Positions 13,580 through 28,296 are shown, counted from the stretch's first letter. The stretch: DNA of 64,000 nucleotides from Psilocybe cubensis (GCA_017499595.2 CM039003.1:2232001-2296000), one strand, 5' to 3'. Numbers and translations are program-made. The notes: a model not told the origin generated them from the letters alone.

Positions 13580-15334
13580 CGATGTCACAAATGCAAAAGG
13601 GTATGGGGAAAAGATGGCTATGTGGAATGCGAGAAAATTATGCACATTCTTATACTACAAGTGATATCAGCAAACAACACATTTGCATTCCTTAAGTGAC
13701 ACCAACAACTAACCTGACCCCAACTATTTGGCCCAACCTCATCGTTTCTTTTTACAGTGGTCTGCGTTAGCCAGTGCATGTCTAGTGACCGAATAGAGAA
13801 AAAGACTAAGCAAGTGGTTGATCGACGTGGACTGTGTCTCAGACTCCTCAGCGTATAGCTAGCCAGCGACTTTGGATATTAAAATCCGAATGTTATGGTG
13901 TGCATGGATGCGGTAACCTGATACGACGTCGGTCTGCAAAAATGAAATAGATAGATGAAGCTTTGGTACGGGTTGATGTCTTGTATACGCCACATTCCAA
14001 TGTTGAATGAATGTCCAAAAAAGCAAAAGTGATCATGCAATGAACCGTAAGTTTTGGGAAGGAAAACTGAGAATGACAAGGCGATATGCAAGTAAAACTT
14101 CCTGGTACAAGACCTGAGGTCGAAGACGGGAAAGAACGATCGCCCAAACACTATCTGATAGATTGATATCAACGTCAACGTTCCAAGAGGCATTGTTATA
14201 TGAAAGGAGTCTAGTGCATACCTCTACAGCATGAAAGAACGCAGACACAAGCACCATACGATTGAATGCGCATATTATTCTCAACGAATTGGCAGGGAAA
14301 TATTCGCATCGGCCTCAGCTGGGGTTTTCTTCCCATGCATGCACTAGAAAGTAGAGCCCAACGCCATGCAAAATTTGAGGAGGATGTGTTCCCCTTGGGC
14401 CTTGGATCAGATAACGACGATAAACCTCATTGTCCCATTTGTTGTGCGTCCGCCGGATTGCAGGTTGTAGCGAAGCTGGCTGATCGAGAAAGGTGAGTTT
14501 GATACCCACTCCACTAACTTGTGAGATTGCTACAGTCGTTTGTAAAATGAAATCCAGCTTGTGTTGCAGCACTCCTTAATAAAAAAGGTAGTTTGTAGAC
14601 AGTGAGGTGTGGTGGTTTAATGAGTGACTTAGGTGCTACGGCCCGGCGATATTCCCCGACGCCTGGGAATACAAGTTGCATTTGGTTCAACTTGGCACAT
14701 CTACTTTCAACTTAGATCTCATGTCCACATATAACACGTCTCGACATGATAATACTGGCTACTCTACAAAAGGCTATGGTCCATACGATCCAATACTTTG
14801 ATAACACAGAGACGCACGGAACACGGTAGATCACCGTTTAGGATGCACACAAAGAAGCCTGTCTATCTCAGAAGTCCCGAGCTCCCTTGACATTTCCCAA
14901 TGGTGTCGGTAAGAGTCGGTATGCTGGGACAAAAGTGTCACAAAATGTCCACGTTGGTGGGTATGTATTGCTGGGAAGACCTAAGGGAAATTACACGACA
15001 ATTTAGATATAACCACGACACGATACAATATTGCAGATAGGCCCATCCCCAACACTCTTTCGCTACCCCACAACACAGAGACTTCAACCCCTATTGTCGA
15101 AGCTACATCCCAATTCGTTGACCCATACTTTTTACCGATGCCACCAAGGTCAACAATAATGCTCCAACAGATATCAAGTGTCGCAAGTCGTCAAATCTCC
15201 CAGATCTTGCGTCTTCCTCTACAAACCATCTGTTGCGCAAAAAGGATCACTCTATTGCGCCTTTATTTCCTCTTTCTCTCTTTCCTTTTAAAGTGAAGGC
15301 AAACCCATCGCACATTGCAGATGAATTCATACCA

Positions 15335-16675
15335 TCAAAATTCTTCGAGTACTGGCAAGGGACCGTTATTTACTACCAATGGTGTCAATTTTTCCGAAAA
15401 TCCGTCATCGTTACGCGCCTTAACAACTTTCTCCTTTGCTTTGGCTTTCGGACCCCACCCCACCCTTCCTTCTTGCCATGGACCCGCTCCACTCAACGCG
15501 CATCCTCCTTCCTCTGCACATTTGCAAGTGCCTCCCAGAAAGTCAGGCAAATTCTCCGCATATATTAGGTCCAAAAGGACATCTTTATAGTCGCTTCCAA
15601 GCACGTCGACTTTCTGCGCAGTTTCTTTGGATAACCAAGGCTTTATCGCATTCCATATAATCGTGAATGAAGAAGGAGCATTGATGATGGCCAACTGGCC
15701 CATACTGGAGATACACCAAACCTAAACAGAGATATTGGCGAGGAAGAGGGAGCACGCACGTTTCTGGATAATAGTCTTGCGACATTTGGAAGGAACTTCT
15801 CACCAAGGATTTCATCTGCCAAAATGCACCTATCCTTTAACAACAAGTTCAGATTTCTCCGACATTATAATTCCCGCAGTGAACATACCCAAATCCTTTC
15901 AAATCAACTATCACAAATGTCGTTCCAATCGGTTTTCCTGCAGCTCTCGACGAAGCAGGGAGGATTTCCCTGGTGAGCTATGAAAAGCATTAGCCGTAAA
16001 TACACCTCTGTATAACCCATGATTCGACTAACACATTCGGCATTAACGATCATGGTTTCCCAGTGTCTCTCTGGTGTGCACACTTTATATAGCTTTGTAA
16101 GGTCCATGCCGCCGAATACGTGAACATTCAGAGGGCGTCCTTGCTACAGACGATGTCAGTCATTTGCCAAAAAATGATTCTTTCATTGCTGACTTTGTCG
16201 GTCTAAAGGATTAATGATTTAGGGCATAAATAGACTCAAAGGAAGTTACAAGCGAACCTTGTGGAACCATAGTGGCCAACATTCAAATACTGCCTCACGT
16301 TCAGGATACTGTTAGACGTTCATCATTCTTTCCGATATCTCAAGAGAATCACAGAGCTCTGCTTACATCAAAGGGATCTGTTCTCTTGTAAAGCTCGTCT
16401 ACTCCAACGCTGCCTACGGTCTTCCGCCAGTTTTGACATTCTCTAAACATCTTTTTCGAATGGGCTAAATCAAATTTGCGTGCTCTCAGAAATCGGCTGT
16501 CAAAATATATTGCAGAAAGAAAATAAGTATGACACCCTCTGTAGGATTTGGGGTTTAGTACTTACAGTAGGGTTTCATCGTCTGACCCTATGCTGTCCCC
16601 GTTGTGTAAGATGCCTTCTGCATACAGGCTCTCCCGGAAAGCTCTCAGGATTTCTAATTGTTTTGAATTCGACAT
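15335..16675 (-). CDS. Sec14/CRAL-TRIO lipid transfer protein (multi-exon)
   Basis: DDETLL-RFLRARKFD, QDYYPET-MGQLAIINAPSSFTIIWNAIKPWL, ENLPDFLGGTCKC. Confidence 0.92.
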
Positions 16676-19105
16676 TTCCTAATCGTGTAGGTGCAGATGG
16701 TAAAGCGTTGTCGGGTTTAACCTTCGTGTACGCTTGATTGTTAACGCAGATTAGTCGATTTGAACAATGCTTAATTGCCAGTACAGTACAAGAGGGAATC
16801 AAAGGGAACGGAGTATATGCCTCGAGTCCTGACACCGGGTACTGTAAAACGGCAGTCACCATTCGATTCGCCGTAATCATCGTTGCGATATCTGTGGGGC
16901 GTCATCACAATTGTGTCGAGATGACCGTTTGATGACAAATGATTTGATTCCGCCGGACCCTCCTGATCACGATCCTTGCTGGGGTCATCAACTGGTCATC
17001 AGATATCCAAATTATGGGACTTCCAGTTAAAGCCGTGTCTGTCCAGGAAGCAAAACCAGCATCGACCTTTTAGGGTCTTACATTGATAATCATCAAATGC
17101 TTGCATTCGATTTCATGTGCATCACAGTGATTTGTGACCTGAGATTCGCGGCAAGTTGCACGAGGCGGGAAAGGTACTTGCAGCATATTTGCATGTTTGT
17201 CTGGAAGTTTGGAAAGGTGCTTTACGTATTATTTCTGTCTCACAAGGATCAGGCTCTGCGGTCGCTCAACTAAAAACTTCCAAAGTATACAATAATGACC
17301 GGACAGCTCCGAGCCAAGTGTCGGGGACAACGCTTTCCTTCCAATGCCTAATGTTGCATTTAACACGCTATTATTATTATTGAGATCTTAAGCTGAGCGA
17401 CTGTTGTAATTAAAGCAGGAATCGGAGGAAAGAAAAAAGAAGTCCGGACACCAGATCATTTCGTCGATCTCGGGCGTCTGGTTCAAGGTAAACACGTATA
17501 ATTTAATAGGCGCTGGGCTTAATGATGCTTTAAATGTTCTCCAGCGTTTATTTCACTGAATCAAACGTCATAGTTTGGCACTACACGTTTAATTGAAATG
17601 GACCGAGAGGCACTTGATCATCCATCAATTGATTGTTAGTACGCCACACAATAATTGACGGACTAGTACTTAGGACAAACTTAGGACACCTATTCGTTCG
17701 TATCGAAGACAAATATTCTGCTGTTTTCTTCGACATAAGTGAGAGTGCGGCAGTGTAGTATACTGCGAGATGATGCAAACTCCAGTACAGAACGATTGTT
17801 CTGATTTACTATTCAAACTAGTACTAGTACTACTACCCAACATCTTTTCTGTTATGATCCGACATTTAATCTTCACTACAGTGGAAAGCTCATACAATTA
17901 TAAATACAGCTGATACATAGATAGTTCGAAGTTTTCGGGAAGGAATTACAGAAGTATACATCAATGACGGTGGACAAGTGAAATGATTCGGAATACTTGT
18001 AGTTGACCCTACTACAGGAATCTGTTACCGGAGTGACCCCAGTACTGGCAGTGCCAGTAGTGGTGAATGATGTTGAAGAACTTCAGAATGAAATCAAGTT
18101 ATCGGATTTTTTTTCTGAAAATCGCAGGTATTTCTTATCTTCTGAAGCTTGTTTAGCATTAGTCGAAGCGGAAGCTTTACAGGGCCTGGTCAGAAGCGAC
18201 CGAAGCAGTCAGAACAGTCAGTCTAGCTCTGTGTAGCCCCATCAGGATTTCGTCACAGTGGCTGTGTAATGAAGACCCTCATTATTTGGCGCTTGCTTTG
18301 GCCTATAACACAGTATCGTAATACTTTACAAGCCAAGGTATCCTTGCTTTGCTTTGCCCCTGACCAACCAAAGCACATGTGCGCTACCAGATTCAGACAA
18401 AAAGCCGTTTACTCAGGCTCTGAAAGACAATGGTTAGATATCAGCAATTCAGGCCTCGAGAGCCAGACTCGGAGCAACCACGGAGGTCCTCCCCGGATAG
18501 AACGACTACCTTGGCAAAAATAGTGTATGATTCCGAAACGATTCCTTACTTCACAGGTCTACTTACAGTGATGATCAAGAAGCTTCGCCTCAAGTTTTGG
18601 TTTGAATAGGAAACTTGTAGACTTGTAGAGGGTTTGCAGTTTTGTCTGCATGTGGCGACAAACTTTGTTTGGCCGTAGGGTTTCGCACGATGGCGACATG
18701 GTCCTGCTCCAGGTGCGGGGGCTTGGGGGACTGCCCTTCCCTAGTCTATACTTGGCGGCCAGACAGAAGCCTGAAAGGCCAAAGGCACGCTGCAGGATCG
18801 GAATCAAGGTATAAGCGCATTTTGACGAAAATATGTAACGGGACGTAACTGGACTAGCCTCCAGGAGAGATCTTGGTCCGAATCGTCGATATGCGATCTC
18901 GTATACCCCAGTGGGTTCATACATAAGCATATCAATTTCATTTGAAATCCCCAGATCCCATTTGGTCTTTCTTTCCTTTCACCCTCTCGTAGCATCAGGA
19001 TTCAAATTAGTGGTAAGTTCGTTTGCTCTGCGACCTTTTGAATCGTATGCATTATTCTCTACTGTTACTAGAGCTTTAACACCTCGCGAAAGTACCGTCT
19101 ATGTT

Positions 19106-20712
19106 ATGGGATTACTTTACTGTGGTTTCCATTGTCTTCCTATGGATGTTCTCCTCGAAATCGTAGGACATCTCTCTGTCGAGGATATAGTCAAGACGCG
19201 ACAGGTAAAGTTGTGGATGCTGCTCGTCATTTTTTCAAGTATAATTCATTCTTACCTAGGTATCTCGAAAATTTGCATTTGTGTCCTATCAATGGAGCAC
19301 ATGGGCTCGCGCGTACGAGCGCTCAAAATTTCTCCTACCAGAAGGACCTCTCTCGTCACAGAGCTCTGTTCAGCTCGAGAATCTTTTGATCCAAGCGGCG
19401 AAGATTCACAGGAATTGGACGTCTTCCACAACCACAGTATTCAAGCAACGTCGATTTATCCGAGAGCTCCCTACCTACGACTTTGATGCAAACGTTATAT
19501 CAGGACGATTTCTTCAGCTAGCGTTACACGATGGCATTTCGTGGTACGACCTTGACTCTGATGATATGAACACACCCATCTTAACGTACCCGTGCCGTAC
19601 TGTTTTGCCGATGTCTGGGTATTTGAATCATCAAGACAACGCCAATGGGGAGGGCTCTGATTCGGTATGGGTAACATTCGCTTGTCAAAGGCCAAAAAGA
19701 ATGTGAGATTTTGTCCTTTCTTCTTTTATCTATATTTTCCCTATTAATTGGTTGTAACTTGATTGTAACTGAAGTTCTTCCGTGCTTTTAGAATAGTCCT
19801 GAAACTAAACTTTGGAAAGTCGGGGTATAAGGTCAAACTCCATGCGGAAATATCAGCAGGTAACATAACGAGCGTAAAGATGGCCCACGACTGGATTTTA
19901 CCGATTAGAGAATTCGCATCTCCCGACGACCCTATGGATTTATACCATATACCCTCTCGGTCTACATTTTATTTCCCAATGCATGTAAGTAAACATCCAC
20001 TTCCAATTCCATCTGTAACACTGTGCCTGAGATAAAGCTTATTGTGCTCTAGGAAAATGTCCAGCATCTTTCTGACCTGAGTACTATGAATTACGCGATA
20101 ACATCTCGACATTTATTCCTATTGTTTTCCTTGAGGGATGAAACACTCGTCGACGTGTATACACTCCCAAAGCGGCTGGATAATACACCCTCTATGTTAC
20201 TACACCCACGGCGCCTTACTCGGTCGCATTCAGGTGTATACCCCCACGCCATCTCGAAAATCCAATTTCTCGATAGGCCTCGCCTCTCCAATGTTGCGTT
20301 GAAAGGTGATGATATACGAGTGTCTTTTCTGGCATTGGTGTACGCCAACCACTCGCGCACAAGTTGGACCTCGAAGATCGCGCTTCATGTTATCGAGGCA
20401 CATTTAAATCGAACGGGCTTGTTATCCTTCATTACGCAGTCAGGGCGTACTTTGAACGTGGGCATGACGAATACGATGCTTGCTCTCAGTACACGTTCTG
20501 GGAGATGCCTGGCGGTGACGCATTCTATGCCTGGCTCTGTTTTATTGGCACACACTATCACATTGGAAGACAGTGGCTGCACTATGAACGTCAAGGCCAT
20601 CAGCCTTCCGAAGGGATTCCAAAGTCGGGATGTGTTGGCATTCGATGGATTCCGAGGTCGGCTCTGTTTAATTAATGGTTGGACTAAAATCGATATATTA
20701 GACTGTGCTTAA
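19106..20712 (+). CDS. F-box domain protein (multi-exon)
   Basis: N-terminal LPMDVLLEIVGHLSVEDIVKTRQ-VSRK F-box; C-terminal LAFDGFRGRLCL..IDILD typical of agaricomycete F-box proteins. Confidence 0.75.
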
Positions 20713-20752
20713 TGAATGCATAGATTTACTATTACGGTAATATATCAAACAA

Positions 20753-22088
20753 TCACAGACGAGAAGAAACATTGGTATCTTTTGTTACATCCTCTTCATT
20801 GTCTATAGATGGCTTTTCAAGAGAATCGTCAGAAGATTGCAAATGTGTTGTTGGAGAAGATGCCATCCCCAGATCCAACTGCACTTCGAGCACGACAGCT
20901 TTTAAGTCATCTTCCGTATGACCCTCTAAGAATTTTAAGACTCCTTCTTCTCCACCCAATCTATTCCTCACTTCGTCCATGATCTTCTTTACGCCTATCC
21001 AATGACCGCCCAGTCCTGTCCAATTGCGTACATGGGTTCCAGAAAACAAGTCGTTTAATCGCGTCTTAGCTGCCCGTAATTTAGCGAGATCTTCATACTC
21101 TTTCTTCTTGTTAAAGAATCGCAAAGCGTCTTCCCGAATTCGATCGAATCTTTCCTGGCGAGGTAATTGATTGTATGGATGCGAGCTAGGCTTTGTTGCC
21201 TTCACCCATTCAACGAATTCTGCGTACATTTTTCGTTCTGGTTTGACCTTTGTAAACCCAGGTCCTGTGCTTGTGAACTTGCTCGAGTCGAAGTACTTCA
21301 TAGAGGCTGCCCAGTCGAAAGCTTCTTGTTTCGTCTGAAAACCTTCATAAAAAGGCTCTAACGGGAGTTCGTAAAATTTGGTGATAGCGTGGAACGAATC
21401 ACTGAGTTCGAAAGGAGGGTTTGGAGGATTAGGAATCTAGGCGTTTATAAGAATTTGGGATAGCTGAAAGGTAAGTTGGTGTCAACATATTCGACAACTC
21501 ACCTTCATGCCCTTTTCTCCCCAGAGCAATCCGTTATTCCTCGAAATAACGCCCAAAATCATTCCAAGGTCTCCATATGAATGAAAGAATAGGATCCGGT
21601 CCCATTCTGCTTTATCCAAACACACATGTACGTCAACCTGAGTTACGAAGCGACGCATTATGATTATTGCCGCTGTCGTTTGATGATTGGGGTACACACA
21701 CCTGATAATAAATTTCCCCGTTATTTGCAAGCTCTCTCTTTTGCGCCTCGTCAGCTGCATACCCCAGAGGATCCCATTCACCACGTTGTATGGGAACCGC
21801 GTAATTAGATGTGCGGTTACCGTCCATTGGGACGACGTAATCTGCATGCAAAGTTCTCTTCACGACATCGTGAGGGACATATGTGCCATACTGCGACTTG
21901 GGTTCACAGACAAGAAGGTCTAAATCCCCGTGGTCTTTCTTTTCTGGTGCTTCGATGGGTACGGCTACGAGCCCATATAATTCTTGAAGTCTGGGGACGA
22001 GACGTGTTTTAAGAGCACGGTAGACGGGAGGTGAAATGCGAGGAAAGGATGTGGCTGCTAATATGGCATTGAAAGCACTTCCACCCAT
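20753..22088 (-). CDS. Conserved hypothetical protein, putative Pol-beta-type nucleotidyltransferase fold
   Basis: MGGSAF start, APEKKDHGDLDLLV, spliced YYQVDVHVC and SYGDLGMILG; about three exons. Confidence 0.65.
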
Positions 22089-22415
22089 TTTCTGATTTGA
22101 TTGGGTTCTTTTTGGGAGAGAAAGACTGTGCGTATTAAATCTTTGGCGAAGAATCAGTTGGAGAAACGTAGCCTTTAAGAATCGACAGCTTTTGTACTTG
22201 AGACATGTACATGACTTGGACCCTGAGCGCTTTGAATGCAATTCGAGTCATAGTTTGACGTCGTGAACTTGTAAAGTCACAAACCAGTACGTTTTGGAAA
22301 TGACATGTCCCCTAAGTCCAGCTTTGGTGAACGTTCACACGCTAAGAGCTGTGTCATGTAAGGCAGCAAGGCTTGAAGCGCGCTGAGCTTTGTTGTAACG
22401 ACAACAATCATTACC

Positions 22416-23167
22416 ATGTCAAAATATGCTCCCCATGGCGGCCGTTCTTCCAACCAACCAAGAGCGACTGCAAATACCGTCTGTCAAAAGTGTTTGGGCC
22501 GAGGTAGGTTTACATGGCGCACTAAGAGGTGGTGGGAAGACAGCTGATGTTTGTTGTATTCAGGACATTACATCTACGAATGCAAGGGCAACCGGCCGTA
22601 TGTCTCTCGGCCGTCTCGTACACAGCAACTCGAAAACCCCCGTTTGCTGGCCAAACTGAAGGCGGATGGGCAACCGTCCGTTGAAGTTCCTGAAGAATTT
22701 AAGAAACCGTTCGTTCTTTCTGAAGATCGCATATATATATTAACTAATGAACATGTTATTATTCTTAGCGCTGGCACAGCAAACAAGATTTTGGAGGCCA
22801 AAGAAAAGGAGAGATTGAAGGAGGATAGCAAAGAAAAGGGAAAAGAAAAAGCAGCGGCGAGTCCATCGCGAAAAAAGAGAAGGAGACGGTACGCTGGTCT
22901 TATTCTTTCTATCCAGCTGTTGTGTATTAATTAATGCACCGCAGCTCACGCTCTTCTTCGAGCTCAGGGTCCTCGGATTCTGATTCTGACTCCGAAAGCA
23001 GCTCATCAAGTAGCTCGACCAGTTCGTCATCTTCTGGTTCCGATTCTGAGTCATCTTCAGGATCAGAATCAGAGTCATCCAGGTCGAGAGAAAGGGATCG
23101 AAAGCGCCGTGTCCCTCGCCGTCGAAGCAACTCAGTTTCCGACGACTCCCGCGGTCGAAAGCCTTGA
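22416..23167 (+). CDS. Zinc-knuckle protein (ZCCHC10-like) with Ser/Arg-rich tail
   Basis: CQKCLGR-GHYIYECK...YVSRPSRTQQL followed by a poly-Ser/Asp and RS tail. Confidence 0.85.
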
Positions 23168-23342
23168 TTGGTTGCAACAATCATTATCTGCCTTCCAACA
23201 CCTACATTGCACCTGTATTTTTCGAATTATCTTGAATTCCCATTCTCGTGTGTGTATGTGGAAATTGTCCTCTGTTTTTAAATTACATCGATGGCATGCG
23301 AAGGCAAATAGTGGAGGTATATTGATTATAGTATGGATACCA

Positions 23343-24171
23343 TTATGAGCATACTGATTTGGTCACTTTGCTGTTCATAATCAGAGCGACAATGAGCCTG
23401 GAAATTCGGCATTTAGATTGATACCTACATAAAAAAAATGAGTTGCTTGCTTACCCGTATAGACCCAAAACCTCGGCAAAAATTAGGATGAGTACCATCG
23501 TCACAAAGACTTTGGATTCATGAACATATGCGCGAACGCACTAAATCGGTGATTAGCAGGGTGCATATTCGAAGTGCTAGCCTTGGCTTACTGAGTCCCC
23601 AACGAAGCCAATGGCATATCCTGCTGCCAGACCAGTGAAACCGCAGGCAACGCCAGCCCCGAGGTGGGTAAACCCGGCGAACAGAGAGTACTCTGTGTGC
23701 TTTACTATAATTTACACGTTTGAAAACAAGGAGTGAAAACATAGAACCAAGGAACGTACATGACCCAGCAATAAGAACGGAAACCACAAGTCCATATACA
23801 GCAATAATTCCCGACATGACGACGGGAATGAGGGACTGGTTAAAGGTGCCTTGAACTCCCGAATTGAAAATGACGCCATGAGGAAAAACGAACCTTCATG
23901 ATGAGTTCAGGTTTGAACGTTCCAAGTCCTGCAATGCCAATGCCTGACTTTGAAGTCCCAAGTGCAGCTCCAATGGCTGTTAAATATTACGAGTTAGATT
24001 ATTGTTGTTTGAGGGCACTGGATAGTGGTAATGCTGAACGCACTGCTGAAGACCATCTATGTGTCGTAGATTATATAAGTGAATTGGCCACGTATAAGCG
24101 TATGCAGTACATACGGCTGATGCTACACCCGCAAACCCAAAGAAAGGAGCAAATGGTGGACAGAGAGACAT
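23343..24171 (-). CDS. VMA11: V-type ATPase proteolipid subunit c'
   Basis: [66 protein letters not shown]. Confidence 0.9.
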
Positions 24172-24419
24172 AGCGAATGAGAATAGAGCTCGTCGTTCCA
24201 AAAGTTGAGCATCGTAAGTTGCCCGCGACTTCGGATACGTCACGTGAAGCACAGTCGAACCCCTTTTTTGGCGACAAATATCCGACAAACTAAGATGTGC
24301 TCAGCAACGTTCAAGAGACTCCCATAACACGCGGCTTGCAACAAGCTTTGATACAAAAACGGCCTTTGCGCAGTGTCTGGTAACATTCTGTAGCTCGGGA
24401 CTCTTTATACTTCTCAAAA

Positions 24420-25575
24420 ATGGTCGTGCAACTTCTGGTAATGTCGGCGATCTTGGGCGCCTCAACCTTTGCTGTAGGGATGCTTCCACTGTCGTACGCG
24501 TTTTCAAGTTCGTCGTATCTCTCGGTTTCTGGGATCGCTCTCATGTTTTGGTAGAGGGGCATCTGGAACGACTCGCTGCTCTGGGAACGGGTCTACTTCT
24601 TGGGGCGGCGTTGGGCGTCATCATACCAGAGTGAGTCTACGAACGCTTGTTCTCGTGAACATTCAATTTACATGACAAACATTGTCACAAAGAGGAATAG
24701 AAACGGTTGTTGAAGCCAACCCTGGAGACGTGCCCACCGAACGCATATCTCTGTCATTGATTATTGGCTTTATTCTTATGCTCATCATCGAGCAATTGAT
24801 ATCACCAAATGCCCATACACTGGATGACATGCCTATGTCTCTGCAGTCAAAATCGAATGGGTCCAACCTAGCGACTGCAGCTTCTGTTGAATTTGATGCA
24901 GAATTGGGTGACCTTGATCCAGTAAATGGGCGTCATAATTCTGGAGGCGATGCAGTAGTAGGAGGAGGGGGGCGAGAACGCGCGTTTACTTTGATGCTTG
25001 GCCTGGTTTTCCATGGATGCGCGGATGGACTTGCTCTGGGTGTTGCCAATCTTGCGAAGACGGCTCCTGGAGCCACAAATACAGTCTCGTTTGTCGTATT
25101 CTTGGCTTTGATTCTTCACAAGGGTAGGCAGACACTGTTAAATGGTTTTGAATAATATTGACATACTATCACAAAATATAGCGCCCACGTCACTGGCATT
25201 TACTACTTCATTACTGTCAACAAATCTTCCCCGTCCAGACTGCAAGAAATATCTAGCCATCTTCAGTCTTTCTACCCCAGTCATAGCCATTGTGTCATAT
25301 CTCTTGTTTTCTTTTTTCGGTGCAAGCGACGAAACAAATCTCATCGGTACTGCTCTTTTAATTTCGGTAAGCTTTACAAAATTTCATACATCCGTCAATC
25401 CGTTCACTATCTTTGACAGGGTGGGACATTCCTTTACGTTGCGACCGTCCTCCAACCAGTGTCACATCATGCACCTGTTTCCGGAGACCTCCGCCCTATC
25501 TCACGAATCTTCTTTATTGCGCTTGGGATGTTCATTCCCGTAACACTGAGCTCTCTCATTGGACATGGACATTAA
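24420..25575 (+). CDS. ZIP-family metal transporter (ZIP9/Atx2-like)
   Basis: LGLVFHGCADGLALG and LALILHK-APTSLA ZIP signature motifs; several TM segments. Confidence 0.9.
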
Positions 25576-25843
25576 TAGATCGGAATCGTAAATTATAGAA
25601 AGCTATTTGTTGTAAAAAAGCACATGCTTGTACATTTTATTATTCGGTCAAACTACACAGTTTCAGAGAAGTAATTTTCCAATAAAATTGGGTGTCACTT
25701 TTTTTTCTATCCTTTGTCCATGTAAAAGCAGAAACGACTTATGCCAACATTTTGGTTAGGGGGCTGACTAAGCTTGCACTAAAGGCGCCGAACCTTTTTA
25801 AAGTGATCCTAGATTTATTCCCCTCAGTGCATCCACCGTTGAA

Positions 25844-27737
25844 ATGTCTCTTTCCTCGCTGCTTCTCGGGCAAACCAAAACTTTAATTGACAAAGAATTG
25901 GATAGTCTATTTCAAAACCCAGTGAGTATACAATTGCTGACGTTGTTAAACATTCGTACTCACCTGTACTCAAGGTTGTCAAACCTGCTATCCCTGGTCC
26001 ATCAAAAAGTACACCCACACCGGTAAAGAAACGAAAACTAGATGATGTGAAGGAGGAACTAGATTCCTCGGTAAAACGCGTAAAGTCTTCGATAAAGACA
26101 TCAGACTCAAATACGAACGATGTGGAGAAACCTAAACCTGAAGCTAAGGTTGTGAAGATCCAAAAACCCAAAAAAGCCGGGAAAGGAAAGGCGAAGGAGA
26201 TTGAACCAGACGCAACAGATTCAGAGGATGATGAAAAACTGGAGGCCGCATATTTGAAAGGTCAAGCTGCTTCTAAAACGGGAGACAAGGAAGTAGTCTC
26301 GGAAGAAGAAGACGAGGAGGACGTCGATCCATCTACATTGGTTCACGAATCAATCAAAAAGTCGAACAAAAAATCTCGAGCACCAAAAGTTAAATATGCC
26401 CCTTCTGAAGAGACACCCGAACTCAGGGACCAACGCACTGTCTTTGTTGGTAATCTACCACTCGATGTCGCTTCTAAAAAGGTGAATAGCCGATTGCCCC
26501 ACTGTTGTCAACGCTTGCTCAATTTTTTTTGACCCAGCCCTTGAGTAAACAACTCCAACGTCATATTCTTTCATTCCTCCCCACCGCTAAAATCGAGTCT
26601 ATCCGCTTCCGTTCAATACCCTTCCAAGCACCAACAACAAAACTTCCTACCTCCGACGATGAAAGCAATATTTCCAAACCAAAATCCGCCGCCAAAAAAG
26701 AGACAAGACAACACATTAAAGATCGTACTTCTACCTGGCGGTCGACACTGGACGAAAAAGATGAAGATGGTTTGCAGAAAGATGAAAAGCGCTTCCTCAA
26801 TCCCTCCCAGAAGAAGAAAATCGCGTTTATTAACCATGAATTCCATTCGACGGCCGATAGCGTCAATGCCTACATCGTCTTTGCGCACCCCCCAAATCTA
26901 GAAGGACGTCCTGCTAATTTGCCTCCACCTCCACCTACAATGGATCCGTACGAGGCCGCACGCCTCGCAGCGAAGAAATGCAACAATACCCTTTTTATGA
27001 AGCGCATGCTCCGGGTAGACTTGGTTGGCGAGAATGCGCATGGCAAAGCCGATAATGAGGCTGTTAAGGCACCAGCCAATTTGGGCACGGACCCGCGACT
27101 TTCTGTATTTGTCGGTAATCTGGACTTCGCGAGCAAGGAAGAAGACCTCCGAGTCTTCTTTGAAGGGGTCGTTAGCACTGAGCGAGGACCACCGCCTCCT
27201 TTGCAGGAACAAGACGGCGAGGATACTGCATCGAAGAAACCGGCAACCTGGGTTACGGGAGTGCGTATAGTAAGAGACAAAGATTCACAGCTTGGAAAGG
27301 GGTTTGCTTATGTGCAGTTTGCGGTATGTTTTTCATCCGTATCTCAAAATAATTTTAATCTCATAGTATTCAATGAATTATAGGATAGAGAATGCGTTGA
27401 TGAAATACTAGCGCTTGAAGAAACAAAACTCAAGTTTGCGAAACGCAAACTACGCGTTCAGCGTTGTAAAATCGGTGGAAAACAAGCTCCCCAGTCGAAA
27501 GCATTTTCTACCGCTACTGCAATCGAAATCCCCAAAGGCGATCCACGACTGGGCGAAAGACTTCATGGACTGCCTAAAGAAGAACGCAAGCAGCTCAAGT
27601 CGTCGGACGCTGATCGTGTAGCAAGGAGGTTGGCAAAAAAGAAGGCGAGGAATGCCATGAAGCCTTCTGTCGGGAAAATGGCGAAAAGAAAAGGTGGAAA
27701 GGATCGGAAGGATCGGAAAAGGGTGCGCTCTTCGTAG
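25844..27737 (+). CDS. NOP12: Nucleolar RRM protein Nop12-like
   Basis: RTVFVGNLP, IESIRFRS, SVNAYIVF, SVFVGNLDF, GKGFAYVQF. Confidence 0.88.
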
Positions 27738-27805
27738 GATGCCCGCATATAATTTGAAGAGCCTATTATCGTGACTTGTGCACACATAACAATTGATTCT
27801 TGTGA

Positions 27806-28296
27806 TCAAACGCCCTTTATCTCCTTGAAGGTATTTCAGCTTCTGGGCTCTTGCATCCTGGTGAGAAATTTAGAGTCGTATGAAGTAACTCGAAGTTGTT
27901 TGCTGTTACTATGCAACGTACTTCACCCCCGGTAGTCATATCATGGGTCTTAATTGATCATCATGAACGAGTGAGTATGTGGACATACAAAATTTCCGTT
28001 CGAAGAGGGTTAGCGCAAGTCAGGAGGCTAGCTACAGTATTGGTCACCATTCGAGTCAACTCAAATACCGGGAAATTCGACTGTTTGAATCTGTCATCCA
28101 CCATAGTAACTTCGGGTTTTATGCCTTGCTCTCTGGAGATCGTGAACTCAGGGCGTACCCATGGCGTTCTGGTTGATGCGACGCCTTCTTTCGTGAGAAA
28201 CTGAGAAGCATCCAACAGAAGTTCCATTTTGATAAAATCTTCAATGTCGCGGACAGAGATAATGGGCATTAGTGTTATTGAGTTCTCATTGCCCAA
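27806..28296 (-). CDS. Small hypothetical protein (possible spliced gene)
   Basis: 111-codon open frame followed by GT-AG-like short exons; no recognisable motif; boundaries uncertain. Confidence 0.3.

Noticed and set aside
13870-14580. Several short ORFs on both strands
   Set aside because: I could not build a consistent spliced gene or find a motif.
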